Positions 48,960-59,402 of a DNA stretch of 64,000 bases are shown piece by piece. Under the pieces are notes generated by a model. It was given only the letters and a program-made list of their open reading frames with translations. It was not told the DNA's origin and did no database searches. Source of the stretch: an uncultured Hyphomicrobiales bacterium (GTDB lineage Bacteria; Bacteroidota; Ignavibacteria; Kapaibacteriales; UBA2268); assembly GCA_964462685.1 (NCBI GenBank), contig CAYWYR010000001.1:108137-172136 (forward strand). Direction: 5' to 3'. The translations under genes were made by a program, and so were the position numbers. Every line of letters begins with the position of its first letter. Position 1 is the stretch's first letter.

Positions 48960-51900
48960 CTAATCGATAACTACGGTTAGTTCGCCTTCAATAGAGTCAG
49001 TTTCTAATTTCAGAAAGTATAGGCCACTCGCTATTCCCGCTCTGTCAAAAATAACTTCGTCCTCTTCTAAAAAGCCTTCGAAAATTACCCTTACAAGATT
49101 TCCCGCTCTGTCGAATAAACTGATATCCGTGTTTTCACCAGCAGGAACATTTAAGAAAATGGTAGCTATATCTTGAACTGGATTCGGCTGAATGCTATAA
49201 AGCCCAAACTCTCCCGACATTGACAGAAGCCTTGTACCTCCATCTTCACAAAGTTCAGTTAGTGTAAAAACTCCTGGTCCTAACTCCACATCGCTACCAG
49301 CTGTAATATCGAGAAACTGTGAAACCGGGCTTGTTTCGGAATTACCTAAAGCAACTTTGAATGGTATTAGGAGTTGGCTGTTTTCATTAAGTTGATCCTC
49401 AGTAATCGTAATGTTTAGTCTAAATTTACCATCAACTTCTATTTGGGTAAATTCAAACCCTGAGTATGTCAATACAGTAGGATTGTATTCGATACTAAAA
49501 TTCAAAACATCATTTGTGATAAAGTATTGATCAGCTTCGGGCAAATCAATGATAATATTGATACTTTCCCCCTGTGCCCCTGAAGCGTCATTTATTTTAC
49601 CTATTATCGTTTCGCTGATTGTGCGGCCTACTATAGTAACTGTATAGGGCACATCAAATCCGCTTTCATAGATTAGAAGCTCGGCTATAGAATATGACTG
49701 AGACATAGGATCAAACGATGTTATATATCCTGTAGAAGTATTAGGAATAATCACGGTTGGAAGCACTATTCCATCCACACTGATATATTCGTTGGGATCG
49801 GATAATAGCTCATAATCAACTATTGGAACATTACGAAGACTGTTATTCCTTATACCGTCTTCAATATTCAAAACTGACTGCTTACCGACTTCGGTCAATG
49901 GGAAAAAAATAGGTGTTTCAACCGATAGCCTTCTTTCCTCTACTTCGGCTATGATATTCGCACTAGCGGTTTTGCCATTATAGTATATCTCGATCACTGC
50001 TTCAAAAATACCTAACTCATCCGCTCTGAAAGTAAATGCCTGCATCTTGGCAGTTTGGTATAGCAGATCTTCAGTAGTTGAAGTTTTGAGCATATTGAAT
50101 TTCTCTGGATTCGTTCCTGTGATATCAAAGCCCTCGATAGAGATATATGGGTCGGTTATCCCTTGTAGATAGTCATCTATTTTCAAGTATAGATCCTCAC
50201 CTAGTACTGTTTTTCCCAAGTCGATATCATTAATTATCAGAACTGGTTCTATAATACTTAAAGTATTGCTCGTATCTCTAACAACTGTATTGAACAGGGC
50301 TCCCCATTCTATCACTTTACCGTCTTCACCCGCGGATACAAATGTCTTCCCGCCTGGAACTAAGTCCAAAGAAAATGGGATACCGTCATTAAATCCATCA
50401 TAATCATGGGCTTTAAAATCCTCTATTATAGACCAGTTCTCGGTATCAATAGCGGTTATTTCGCCCAAGCGCCCTATTGCAATTAAGGTTGTGCCTAGCT
50501 CATCAAAAAACAAATCAGTAGTGTTTACCAGACCAGGGTCAGTATATTCAAATATGGGTTCACCCATATTATCTGAATCATATACATTTATATTATCGCG
50601 ACTGGCAATTGCGGTTGTACTCAAGTCTTTATTGAAAGCAATAGAGTACAAATTATTAAAAGGGACTTGATCTTGATGTTGGACTGACCAGTCATTGGCA
50701 TCGTGAGTATAAATCAAACCTGATTCTGATATACTTATTATTTCATCAAATAAAGGATTGTATTCCAGTGTGCGGATTCTTGAATTATGGTCGGCATTTG
50801 AATTTAGATCATTAAAACTATCAGTATCTATAAGGATTACAAATCCGTCTTCGGTAGAAAATGCTAGTTGGTTTTTATCTTGGAGTAGTGTGATATCTGT
50901 TACTGAGTCATCGTTCAATGAATAAGTATTTAATATCTCTAATGTAGAGGTATCCCATTTTATTACTTTGCCGAAAAGGGTGCCTGTATAAAAATATCTG
51001 CTGTCATCGGAAAACTCTATGCAAGTGATTTTATCGTTCGCATCAAAAAGTGTCGCTATCGGCAGGAATGTTTCATAGTCCAGTATAATTAGTTGATTCG
51101 CTCCTACTGCCACTATTGACTTGTCTGGGCTTACTTTGACATCGTTAATAGAAGATGTAGGCCCATGGAATTCTTTTAATAGCGACCCAAAAGATTTACC
51201 GTCACTGATATCGCATTCAGCAATAATACGCCCTAACTGGGTAACGTTGTTCTGATCGGTTTGCCATAAAAAAGGGCTTTCGGTTATGTCTGGGGTTATT
51301 ATGGATATATTATTAGTTGCTAAATCTTCAAAAAATAAATCAACAGGTAAATCTCCTACTCCAGAATATCCTATTGCAACATTATCACCAACTAAATAGG
51401 AGTCATTGATTTTTGTATCATCCAAGAAAATCTGCATTTCTAAATTAGATTTTATATTGCCGCCACCTATTTCAAAAGAGTTATCGCAATATCCATCAAG
51501 CACTTCTATCTGGTAAACCCTATAGAGATTATCAATTGGAGAAAATGTAATATCAATTATCTGGGATTGTCCAGATTCTAAATCAAATGTACTAGGGGTT
51601 AGTTCTACATCTGTAGAAGGGGATACTAGTCTGATATCCTTAAAATCATAATTGTTAGCTGTCACTGTGATTTGATCTACAAGCGTCTCCCCTTGATCCA
51701 GCTCTCCAAAATCAACAAATGTACTAGATATTTCTAGTTTGGGTAAATCATCAGTTTGTATAAAATCAAAATCTGATCTAATATCATCCTGCCCACCATA
51801 TATTACAGATAATGTTCTTTCGCTGTTGTCGCAATCAGGATCAATCTTAAATTCTGCCGCTAAGCTATAATTATCAGTATAATACTTAGAGTAAACAAAT

Positions 51901-52622
51901 CTTTTAAGTGCCTCATCAAAGCTATCAATGTTTAGATTTTCCTCTGAGTGGCCTCCTGAATTAGCTACTATGGACTTTACCTCATCATAGATTATATCAA
52001 ATGACAGTACTGATAAAGTGTGGTTTTTTGTTCGCAAAAAGTCAGAGATTAGAAGTTCGCTATCAGTGGTAAAGCTATTATCGGTAAATACTAGGATATC
52101 AGCCGATGGAGTATCGAAGTGATCTAAGACTGAAAACAAACCACTTCCATCGCCAAGAAAAGAGTCGTCAAAACTATATTTTCTTATAGTAGGGTTGATA
52201 TTATTGAAGTCAAGGTCTATCGGTGAAAAATTACGAGGCTTTATAAGCTGAGCTTTGTAATCAAATACGAATACCAAAGACCTTTTATCAAATGATAGAG
52301 CCTCTATATCGGCTACGGCATTTTGAATAGCTACCAATTTATCAGATTCATTCAATAAAGATTTATCGATCATCAAAACCAGATCCCTGTCAAGCATAGA
52401 AGGGTTGGCAGGAACTGAAGACAGCTCAAAATTAACCTCGTTACCGTCAATCAAAATCGATAAATCATTCTTGTTGGACACTTCGGGGAATCCGTTCGCA
52501 TTCCAAAAAGCTAATTCAGCGTTAACTGTAAGACCGTTGTTCTCGCTTTCAATAACTGCCAAACTCTGGGATTGGATGAGTAAAGGCATTATTAGTGAAA
52601 GTAGTAAAGTAAATATTCGCAT
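48960..52622 (-). CDS. Giant secreted protein (about 1220 aa) with a WD40/PQQ-like beta-propeller, Ig-like domains and a T9SS C-terminal domain. The ORF continues to 52643, but the signal peptide starts at Met 52622.
   Basis: Signal peptide MRIFTLLLSLIMPLLIQSQS. Repeating propeller blades in the middle. C-terminal IQPNPVQDIATIF ... GLYFLKLETDS ... VVID is Por CTD-like. Confidence 0.6.
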   Translation of the reverse strand: MRIFTLLLSLIMPLLIQSQSLAVIESENNGLTVNAELAFWNANGFPEVSNKNDLSILIDGNEVNFELSSVPANPSMLDRDLVLMIDKSLLNESDKLVAIQNAVADIEALSFDKRSLVFVFDYKAQLIKPRNFSPIDLDFNNINPTIRKYSFDDSFLGDGSGLFSVLDHFDTPSADILVFTDNSFTTDSELLISDFLRTKNHTLSVLSFDIIYDEVKSIVANSGGHSEENLNIDSFDEALKRFVYSKYYTDNYSLAAEFKIDPDCDNSERTLSVIYGGQDDIRSDFDFIQTDDLPKLEISSTFVDFGELDQGETLVDQITVTANNYDFKDIRLVSPSTDVELTPSTFDLESGQSQIIDITFSPIDNLYRVYQIEVLDGYCDNSFEIGGGNIKSNLEMQIFLDDTKINDSYLVGDNVAIGYSGVGDLPVDLFFEDLATNNISIITPDITESPFLWQTDQNNVTQLGRIIAECDISDGKSFGSLLKEFHGPTSSINDVKVSPDKSIVAVGANQLIILDYETFLPIATLFDANDKITCIEFSDDSRYFYTGTLFGKVIKWDTSTLEILNTYSLNDDSVTDITLLQDKNQLAFSTEDGFVILIDTDSFNDLNSNADHNSRIRTLEYNPLFDEIISISESGLIYTHDANDWSVQHQDQVPFNNLYSIAFNKDLSTTAIASRDNINVYDSDNMGEPIFEYTDPGLVNTTDLFFDELGTTLIAIGRLGEITAIDTENWSIIEDFKAHDYDGFNDGIPFSLDLVPGGKTFVSAGEDGKVIEWGALFNTVVRDTSNTLSIIEPVLIINDIDLGKTVLGEDLYLKIDDYLQGITDPYISIEGFDITGTNPEKFNMLKTSTTEDLLYQTAKMQAFTFRADELGIFEAVIEIYYNGKTASANIIAEVEERRLSVETPIFFPLTEVGKQSVLNIEDGIRNNSLRNVPIVDYELLSDPNEYISVDGIVLPTVIIPNTSTGYITSFDPMSQSYSIAELLIYESGFDVPYTVTIVGRTISETIIGKINDASGAQGESINIIIDLPEADQYFITNDVLNFSIEYNPTVLTYSGFEFTQIEVDGKFRLNITITEDQLNENSQLLIPFKVALGNSETSPVSQFLDITAGSDVELGPGVFTLTELCEDGGTRLLSMSGEFGLYSIQPNPVQDIATIFLNVPAGENTDISLFDRAGNLVRVIFEGFLEEDEVIFDRAGIASGLYFLKLETDSIEGELTVVID

Positions 52623-52662
52623 AAAAAAAAGTAGTATTAACATTGTTCAACGCTAATACTAC
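52623..52662 (-). terminator. Intrinsic terminator between the two giant genes, ending immediately at the start codon of the downstream gene
   Basis: Perfect 9-bp stem gtagtatta / taatactac. On the minus strand it is followed by T8, then ATG. Confidence 0.5.
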
Positions 52663-52701
52663 TAACACTTTTTTAGGGAAAATGTTTTCTTAATATCCCT
52701 A

Positions 52702-55700
52702 CTATTCGATAATTACAGATATTATACCTTTGTGCGGGCCTGCTTCAATATAAAGGTTATATGCACCAGATGGCAATCCTGATATATCCATTGCCCGCCC
52801 TGATATCAAGTTTACGCCTTTATCGAAGCTGTAGGATGAGATATACTCGCCTGCGGTATTGTAAACCTGTACTTTGATTTCATAAGGTATATTTTTATTA
52901 GCGGCTAAGGTAAACAGCCCGTTATTAGGATTTGGGAACACTGTAAGCCCGTACTCTATTTCAAGATAAGAGCCAACGCTAACCAGCGCCTTAAAATCGA
53001 ATTTCCAAAAATCGTTATCCGATATCCTTCCTTCAGAATTCTGAGCTACTAGATTCCACCAGTATTCTCCGTTTTCCATATCATTGATAATGGACGGTAC
53101 ATAATCCAAAACACTTATTACTGTATCATATATAATATTATCGCCATTCAAATCATAGGAAATCTGGAATCTGTATTCATCAGCACCATCAACACTTTGG
53201 AACTGAAATGAAGAGAATACAGCTTCATATATTCCACCTCTCTCTGGGGTGGTTCTCTCAGGCATACTGAGTTTGGTACCAAATTCAACTTCTTCCCAAT
53301 CACTTGTATCATTGGGTTTAATACCTCTCACCCTTAGCCTGTAGTCGCTGTTATAGCTAAGGCCAGATATTTCCCTTTCATTTGTTTTTATGCCAGTTAT
53401 AGATTCTACAACCGAGTTATCCGATAGGTCATTTAGTTCTAACTCATAAGAATCTACCCCGCTAAGCGCTGTCCATCGTGCGGTCAAAAATGTGTCTTTA
53501 TTTACGCCACTGGTTGGTGCGGTGATGGAAATACTACCTAATGGAGGGACAGTCGTAAAGTTCCAGGTATCGGACCATTCGCTATATCCACCCGCTATCT
53601 GATACCTGACTTTCCAATAATAGCGTGTGCCCAGTTCTGTTGTAGGTGTGTAAGAAGCTTGATTGACAGTTTGCTCCACCAGCGGACTATTCAGAGTTTC
53701 ATCATTCCCTAGTACTAGATCGTATTCAGCTCCCGGTATAGTTCCCCATACAAGTGGAGTGAGTTGCTCAATATCGATGGCATTATTATCAGGTGATGTT
53801 AAAGAAAGTGCGGGATATATTGTTGTGAATGACCACGTATCAGTCCAGTCAGTCTCAATATTATTAGCGGTAGCCCTTACCCGCCAGTAGTAAGTCGTAC
53901 CTAATTCTAATGATGAGTAGTCGTAGGTTAGTCCACTTATATCTGTCGTATCCAATAGCAAGTTATTAAACTGACTATCAGTTGATAATTGAAGACTGTA
54001 TGACGATGCACCCATAGACTCCGACCAAGTCAGTTCTCCGTTTTGTTCTAAAGTCTTTGACCCGTTGAGGGGAGATGAGAGAGAAAAACCAGGTAGCTTT
54101 GTAGTAAATGAGAATGTATCCGACCATTCGCTGTAATCAAAGCCATCATAGCTCATAACCCGCCAATAGTATGTTACTCCACCTGTCATATTTGTAAAGT
54201 TGAATGTAGTATGGGTTAGTGATCTTGTAAATACCCGAGACTGTAGGTTCGCGTCTGAGAAGATTTCCAAACTATCGGCAACCGAGGATGAGTACGAGTC
54301 CCATACAAGATCAACTCCGAATGGGTCTGCACCCTGAACCATGTCCGCGGGACTAACTAGAGTAGGAGTAGTAATTCCTGTTCTAAAAGCTTCTGTCACT
54401 GACCAGTCACTTTCACTTTCTACATCTACTGCTTTCGCTCTCCAATAATACATAGTGGAAGGTTGAAGGCTTTGATTGATATATGTTGTGTCGGTTATAT
54501 TCTCGACTGTTGCCGTGCTTGCACTAAAATCGCTTTCTGTGGCATATTCAATAGAATATGAGTCTGCTGCGGGATTTGAACTCCATAGTAGTGAAACAGG
54601 TAAATCAAGCCCACCAATACTATCTACAGGGCTGATAAGATTTACGGGAGATAGTTTTGTCTTAAACGAGAAAGGTGTAGAATAAGCCGTTTCACCACCT
54701 GGATAAATAACCTTTACCCTCCAGAAATATTCCTTTTCAAACTCTAAACTGGCTGTTGTAGTAGAAAATTCGTTTGTGCTAAGAGAATTTGAGGTATAAT
54801 CTATATTGGTAAAAGTATTATCTTGAGATAATTCCAGTATGTACCCTCCTGCACCCGCAATATTCGTCCAAGTGAGTACTGTATCAAGCCCTAAGCCTTC
54901 TGAGCCGTCAGTAGGCGATACCAGGGTAGTTGGAGGTACTGTAGTCCTGAAACTCCAAGTATCGGTCCAAGGAGAAATAACATTTCCGTTAACAGATCGG
55001 ACTCTCCAATTGTATTCAGTGTAGTAGCTAAGTGTAGGTGTTACAACTGATGTATTGCTGATACTATCACCAGAAGCTACGATTTGTGTGAACTGTTCAT
55101 CGCTTGCAAGCTGCCAATCATATCCTGTGGCATTTGAAACCCCAGACCACGCTAATGTAGTATCAATCGATATGTATTCAGAATCGTTGGCAGGGGAGAT
55201 AAGGGTGGGTATAGTTATATCAACTGGCAGATCACTTACCCAGATACTTCGGCCATAAGTTCCGGCATATATTTTCTGGTTCTGCCCATCCAGTACTACA
55301 GTTCGCACACTGGTATATGGAAGGTTTTTAGAATACTCTACCCAACCGTTGCTGTTATCATCTCTATAGAATACACCTCTGTCATTGCCGAGCCATAGTC
55401 TGTTATTAGAACCTGCTTGGTGCGCCCCGTCCAATGCTGGAATGTTAGCAAGCCCCTGTGATTGATTGGTAAAAGTACTACCGAAATCATCGGAGTAATA
55501 GACTTTTTCATTATTAGAATATCCACCGTATATCAGCCACAGTTTATCAGAATCAGATGAATGGAAAACAACTTCCTGAAGAGGCTGATTGCTATTGGAG
55601 GTTATCTGATCCCAAGTAGTACCGCCATCGGTGGTTTTATAAATAGAGTTCGAATTACTATTTCTAAAGCTGAATACGATTCTGTTGGAATCCACAGGTG

Positions 55701-57552
55701 ACATATCTAAAACACGAATGGTATTGGTATGCGAGAAATTTGTCAATCTTTGATAATCATCTTCCTGAAGAAAATTATTCGATTTCCACACATTATAATA
55801 TCCCACAAGCATTGTAGAAGATTTTTGAGCACTCATAATATATGGTGTTTCCCAAGCTCCTTCTTCATCTGTTTTATTAACCCAGTCACTTTGGGCTGAA
55901 TCCCATTCAAAAGTCAATTTTATGAAATTTTGCCCACCGTCACCAGAACCGGAGATCTCTCCGTAATATAGAGCACAGAACATATTATCATCATCATTGG
56001 GGTCTATATGCGATACAAAACCATCCCCGCCGAGTGGCACATACCAGTTTCCGTCATCAAGTAACATTTGGGTACCGTTATCCTGCGTTCCGCCGATAAT
56101 TCGTTTGGGATTAATAGTTTGCACATCAAAATCGTAGAACTGGCTAATCGCTAAGCCCTCGGCCAGCCACGTGTATGAGCTGCCACCATTGGATGTTGAA
56201 AACAGTCCACCATCATTTGTGATATACAATATACTTGTATTGGGTTTGAAGTGGAGCGAATGCTGATCTGCATGGATAACTGGGGAGCTGTTCTTGTTAT
56301 GCCCGGTCCAACCAGTCCACATAGCTACTGCTTCCCAGTTTTGCCCCCCATCTGTAGATTTTTGCAGATTAATACCGCCAACGTAAACTTCATTTTTATT
56401 AGTTGGGGATACCTCAATTGCTAAATCGTAGAAGGCTTGCCCGCCAGTATCACTACCATCAGAATGATAACCTAAGATATTGGTGGATGTATGCCTTGCG
56501 GAAAACGAATTACCTCCATTTGTTGATCGGTACACTCCGTGTAAGTTTCTAAAGTTCGCTGCCAATACATAAAGGTAATCAGGGTCGTCAGGTGTAACCG
56601 CCAGTTCTATTCTGTGCAGACTGTTTGAGGAAGGCAGACCATTTGTCAATTCAGCCCAAGTTATACCGGCATCGGTAGATCGATAAACTTTTTCATCAGC
56701 ACTGGCGTAAATTGTTGAAGGCGAATTAGGTTTGAATACTATATCATAACAGTTGTCGGTAAGAGTTCTATCCCAACTATCCCCTCCATCTGTTGATACT
56801 ATTATACCGCCGTTACCAGCAGCATACACAAGATCAGGATCTGTAGGGTGTACAATTATCTCCCTTAATAACCAGAAATCCGTGAGATTGGTTTGCCAGT
56901 TCGTCTCCGCCCAAGTACTGCCACCGTCTGTTGATTTCATGACGCCAAGGGAGTAAGCATCTGTGCCGTAGCCGTCGCCAGTAGCTGCATATACAATATT
57001 TCTGTTTGAAGGTGCGAACTCTATATCGGTAATACCTATAGGCTGAAGAATCGATAATCTGTCAGTCAAAGGAGTCCATGAGCCCCCAGCGTTTCTTGTT
57101 TCCCATATACCGCCGAGTGGCATCCCTACAAGCCACCTGTTAGCATCCCCAGGGTCAAACGCGATGGTATTTATCCGGCCGTTTCCAAAGTTTCTACCCT
57201 GGGAACTATCCGGCCCTACAAGCGACCAATCAGACTGATCGTTATGCTTATCGAAAGTGTTTTTATCTTGATCAATTAATTGGAAGCTATTATTTTCTGG
57301 CATATATAAATGCCCGGAACTAGTAAGCCTTGAGCTCCAATAATGTTCCCACCGCTTATATTTTTTATATACAGCCTCTCTTTTATCTAAACCGAGCTCA
57401 TCTGCTTTTGCATAGAATGCGTCCTGAATCTCATAGAAATTCGGATTTTCTTTACCCGTCCATTCTATCCAAGGCTGTGATGAAAGATGCCCCAAGCCAA
57501 TGAACAAGAAAAAGGAAATAAGAGAAAAAGTGATTTTAAACATAATAGCCAA
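52702..57552 (-). CDS. Giant secreted BNR/Asp-box two-propeller (GH74/sortilin-like) protein with about ten FN3-like repeats and a T9SS C-terminal domain
   Basis: Signal peptide. Asp-box motifs (STDGGSTW, STDGGDSW, STDAGITW, STNGGNSF, STDGGQNW, TTDGGTTW, SDDFGSTF). FN3 repeats each ending in a YYWRV / Y-x-WRV-type strand. C-terminal LTVFPNPNNGLFTL ... GAYNLYIEAG ... VIIE. Confidence 0.7.
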   Translation of the reverse strand: MAIMFKITFSLISFFLFIGLGHLSSQPWIEWTGKENPNFYEIQDAFYAKADELGLDKREAVYKKYKRWEHYWSSRLTSSGHLYMPENNSFQLIDQDKNTFDKHNDQSDWSLVGPDSSQGRNFGNGRINTIAFDPGDANRWLVGMPLGGIWETRNAGGSWTPLTDRLSILQPIGITDIEFAPSNRNIVYAATGDGYGTDAYSLGVMKSTDGGSTWAETNWQTNLTDFWLLREIIVHPTDPDLVYAAGNGGIIVSTDGGDSWDRTLTDNCYDIVFKPNSPSTIYASADEKVYRSTDAGITWAELTNGLPSSNSLHRIELAVTPDDPDYLYVLAANFRNLHGVYRSTNGGNSFSARHTSTNILGYHSDGSDTGGQAFYDLAIEVSPTNKNEVYVGGINLQKSTDGGQNWEAVAMWTGWTGHNKNSSPVIHADQHSLHFKPNTSILYITNDGGLFSTSNGGSSYTWLAEGLAISQFYDFDVQTINPKRIIGGTQDNGTQMLLDDGNWYVPLGGDGFVSHIDPNDDDNMFCALYYGEISGSGDGGQNFIKLTFEWDSAQSDWVNKTDEEGAWETPYIMSAQKSSTMLVGYYNVWKSNNFLQEDDYQRLTNFSHTNTIRVLDMSPVDSNRIVFSFRNSNSNSIYKTTDGGTTWDQITSNSNQPLQEVVFHSSDSDKLWLIYGGYSNNEKVYYSDDFGSTFTNQSQGLANIPALDGAHQAGSNNRLWLGNDRGVFYRDDNSNGWVEYSKNLPYTSVRTVVLDGQNQKIYAGTYGRSIWVSDLPVDITIPTLISPANDSEYISIDTTLAWSGVSNATGYDWQLASDEQFTQIVASGDSISNTSVVTPTLSYYTEYNWRVRSVNGNVISPWTDTWSFRTTVPPTTLVSPTDGSEGLGLDTVLTWTNIAGAGGYILELSQDNTFTNIDYTSNSLSTNEFSTTTASLEFEKEYFWRVKVIYPGGETAYSTPFSFKTKLSPVNLISPVDSIGGLDLPVSLLWSSNPAADSYSIEYATESDFSASTATVENITDTTYINQSLQPSTMYYWRAKAVDVESESDWSVTEAFRTGITTPTLVSPADMVQGADPFGVDLVWDSYSSSVADSLEIFSDANLQSRVFTRSLTHTTFNFTNMTGGVTYYWRVMSYDGFDYSEWSDTFSFTTKLPGFSLSSPLNGSKTLEQNGELTWSESMGASSYSLQLSTDSQFNNLLLDTTDISGLTYDYSSLELGTTYYWRVRATANNIETDWTDTWSFTTIYPALSLTSPDNNAIDIEQLTPLVWGTIPGAEYDLVLGNDETLNSPLVEQTVNQASYTPTTELGTRYYWKVRYQIAGGYSEWSDTWNFTTVPPLGSISITAPTSGVNKDTFLTARWTALSGVDSYELELNDLSDNSVVESITGIKTNEREISGLSYNSDYRLRVRGIKPNDTSDWEEVEFGTKLSMPERTTPERGGIYEAVFSSFQFQSVDGADEYRFQISYDLNGDNIIYDTVISVLDYVPSIINDMENGEYWWNLVAQNSEGRISDNDFWKFDFKALVSVGSYLEIEYGLTVFPNPNNGLFTLAANKNIPYEIKVQVYNTAGEYISSYSFDKGVNLISGRAMDISGLPSGAYNLYIEAGPHKGIISVIIE

Positions 57553-57812
57553 CTATACATAGAGATTTAGAAAAAAGGGTGATATCTCAACAAAATTAAC
57601 AAAACCAAATCAAAATTAGCATACTTATTCCGCGTATTTTGATAGAGTAAAATACACTATCCTGTTCTTTGAAAGTTATAAGTAATAGTGATCGAAGGAT
57701 ATGAAACAGAATAGGCAATCAGCCGTTTTAATGTACTATATCAAATCTGTAGGCCAACACTCTTTTTAGCCTCTCCAGAGACCACTATCACTACAAACCT
57801 GAAAGGGAAGAC

Positions 57813-58970
57813 ATGCCGTTGAATACTGGGCTTAACGATGAACAAATTATGCTTCGCGATACTATCAGAAGATTTGCTGAAGAAGAGGTTCGGGAAAAAT
57901 CAAAAGAACTTGATGAAAAAGAAGAGTTTTCTCCTGAACTGACTATGAAAATGGCGGATCTCGGTCTTCTTGGAGCATTTATACCGGGTGAGTATGGCGG
58001 GAGTGAACTTGATTACGTGTCTTATATCATTGCTGTAGAAGAGCTCTCTAGGGTTGACGGATCCCAAGCTGCTACTATAGCGGCCCATAACTCTCTTGGC
58101 ACGGGTCCGCTTTATTATTTTGGTAACGATGAGCAAAAAAGTAAATATCTACCGCAGCTTACTGGCGGGAAACTATGGGGTTTTGGCCTGACAGAACCAG
58201 AAGCTGGTTCTGATGCAGGTAATACCCAGACTACAGCAGTACGAGATGGCGATGAGTGGGTGATCAATGGTTCAAAAATATATATAACGAACTCAGCTAC
58301 CGATATGACTATCGGCTCCACTGTTTTAGCAGTAACAGGCGAGAAGAACGGTAGAAAAGAGTTATCTACATTTATTGTTGAAAACGATGCCCCAGGCTTT
58401 ACCCAGAATGTTATGCACGGTAAAATGATGTGGCGCGGTTCAAATACGGGCGAGCTTCATTTTGATAATGTCCGAGTACCTCACACTAATATGCTCGGCA
58501 AGCAGGGTGATGGATTTAAGCAGATGCTATCAACCTTAGATAAGGGTAGGCTATCGATCGCGGCTATGGGATTAGGTCTTGCTCAGGGTGCATTCGATTA
58601 TGCTATGAAGTATGCTAAAGAGCGTAAGACCTTCGGTAAAGCTATATCTACCTATCAGATAAACGCTTTCAAGCTGGCAGATATCGATATGGGAATAGAG
58701 CTGGCAAGAAATTACCTCTATGACCTGTGCCGTAGGGTAGAAAAGGGCGAGCGAATCACTAAAGAATCTGCTATTGCTAAGCTCAACTGTTCGGAACTAG
58801 CTCACATGGCGGCTAACCACTGCGTTCAGCTATTGGGCGGATACGGCCTAATGAAAGAGTACGAGGCTGAAAAATATTACCGCGATCAAAAACTACTGGA
58901 GATCGGCGAAGGCACAAGCGAGATACAGCGAATAGTTATCTCCCGCGAGATAGGCTGCTATGATGTGTAA
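57813..58970 (+). CDS. Acyl-CoA dehydrogenase
   Basis: GFGLTEPEAGSDAGNTQTTA and the C-terminal catalytic region GGYGLMKEYEAEKYYRD ... EIGEGTSEIQR. Confidence 0.9.
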   Translation: MPLNTGLNDEQIMLRDTIRRFAEEEVREKSKELDEKEEFSPELTMKMADLGLLGAFIPGEYGGSELDYVSYIIAVEELSRVDGSQAATIAAHNSLGTGPLYYFGNDEQKSKYLPQLTGGKLWGFGLTEPEAGSDAGNTQTTAVRDGDEWVINGSKIYITNSATDMTIGSTVLAVTGEKNGRKELSTFIVENDAPGFTQNVMHGKMMWRGSNTGELHFDNVRVPHTNMLGKQGDGFKQMLSTLDKGRLSIAAMGLGLAQGAFDYAMKYAKERKTFGKAISTYQINAFKLADIDMGIELARNYLYDLCRRVEKGERITKESAIAKLNCSELAHMAANHCVQLLGGYGLMKEYEAEKYYRDQKLLEIGEGTSEIQRIVISREIGCYDV

Positions 58971-58995
58971 GGAGCATTGAAATACCAACTTTTCA

Positions 58996-59029
58996 AACCC
59001 TGTACTTAATCATAGTACGGGGTTTTTAT
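58996..59029. terminator. Bidirectional terminator between the acyl-CoA dehydrogenase gene (+) and higA (-)
   Basis: 11-bp stem aaccctgtact / agtacggggtt followed by a T-rich run. Confidence 0.6.
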
Positions 59030-59397
59030 TTATAATCAGCGACTAAAACTGATGCTGATAGATTAAGCTTGCTTTCTAAGTTTCTTATCATTTGTACTGT
59101 AAGTTTTTTCTTCCTATTGAGAATTTCTGAAACACTACTTTTACCGCCGATAATTCCGACTAGGTCTTTTTGTTTCAAGCTTAATTCCTCCATTCTTATC
59201 TTTATCGCTTCTATAGGATCAGGAGCATCTATGGGGAAGTGAGTTTGTTCATAATTATCTATTAAAAGAATCAATACTTCGGCTTCATCTCCTTCCGGTG
59301 AATTTGAAGGAGCATTGAAAATTTCGTTTAGCCGTTCGAGAGCTAAATAATAATCATTTTCATTTTTTATAGGTTTGATATTCATATTATGATCCAT
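59026..59397 (-). CDS. higA: HigA-like antitoxin (HTH, XRE family)
   Basis: Lies 5 nt downstream of the higB-like gene. C-terminal HTH-like segment LKQKDLVGIIGGKSSVSEILNRKKKLTVQMIRNL. Confidence 0.6.
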   Translation of the reverse strand: MDHNMNIKPIKNENDYYLALERLNEIFNAPSNSPEGDEAEVLILLIDNYEQTHFPIDAPDPIEAIKIRMEELSLKQKDLVGIIGGKSSVSEILNRKKKLTVQMIRNLESKLNLSASVLVADYK

Positions 59398-59402
59398 TGA
59401 AG

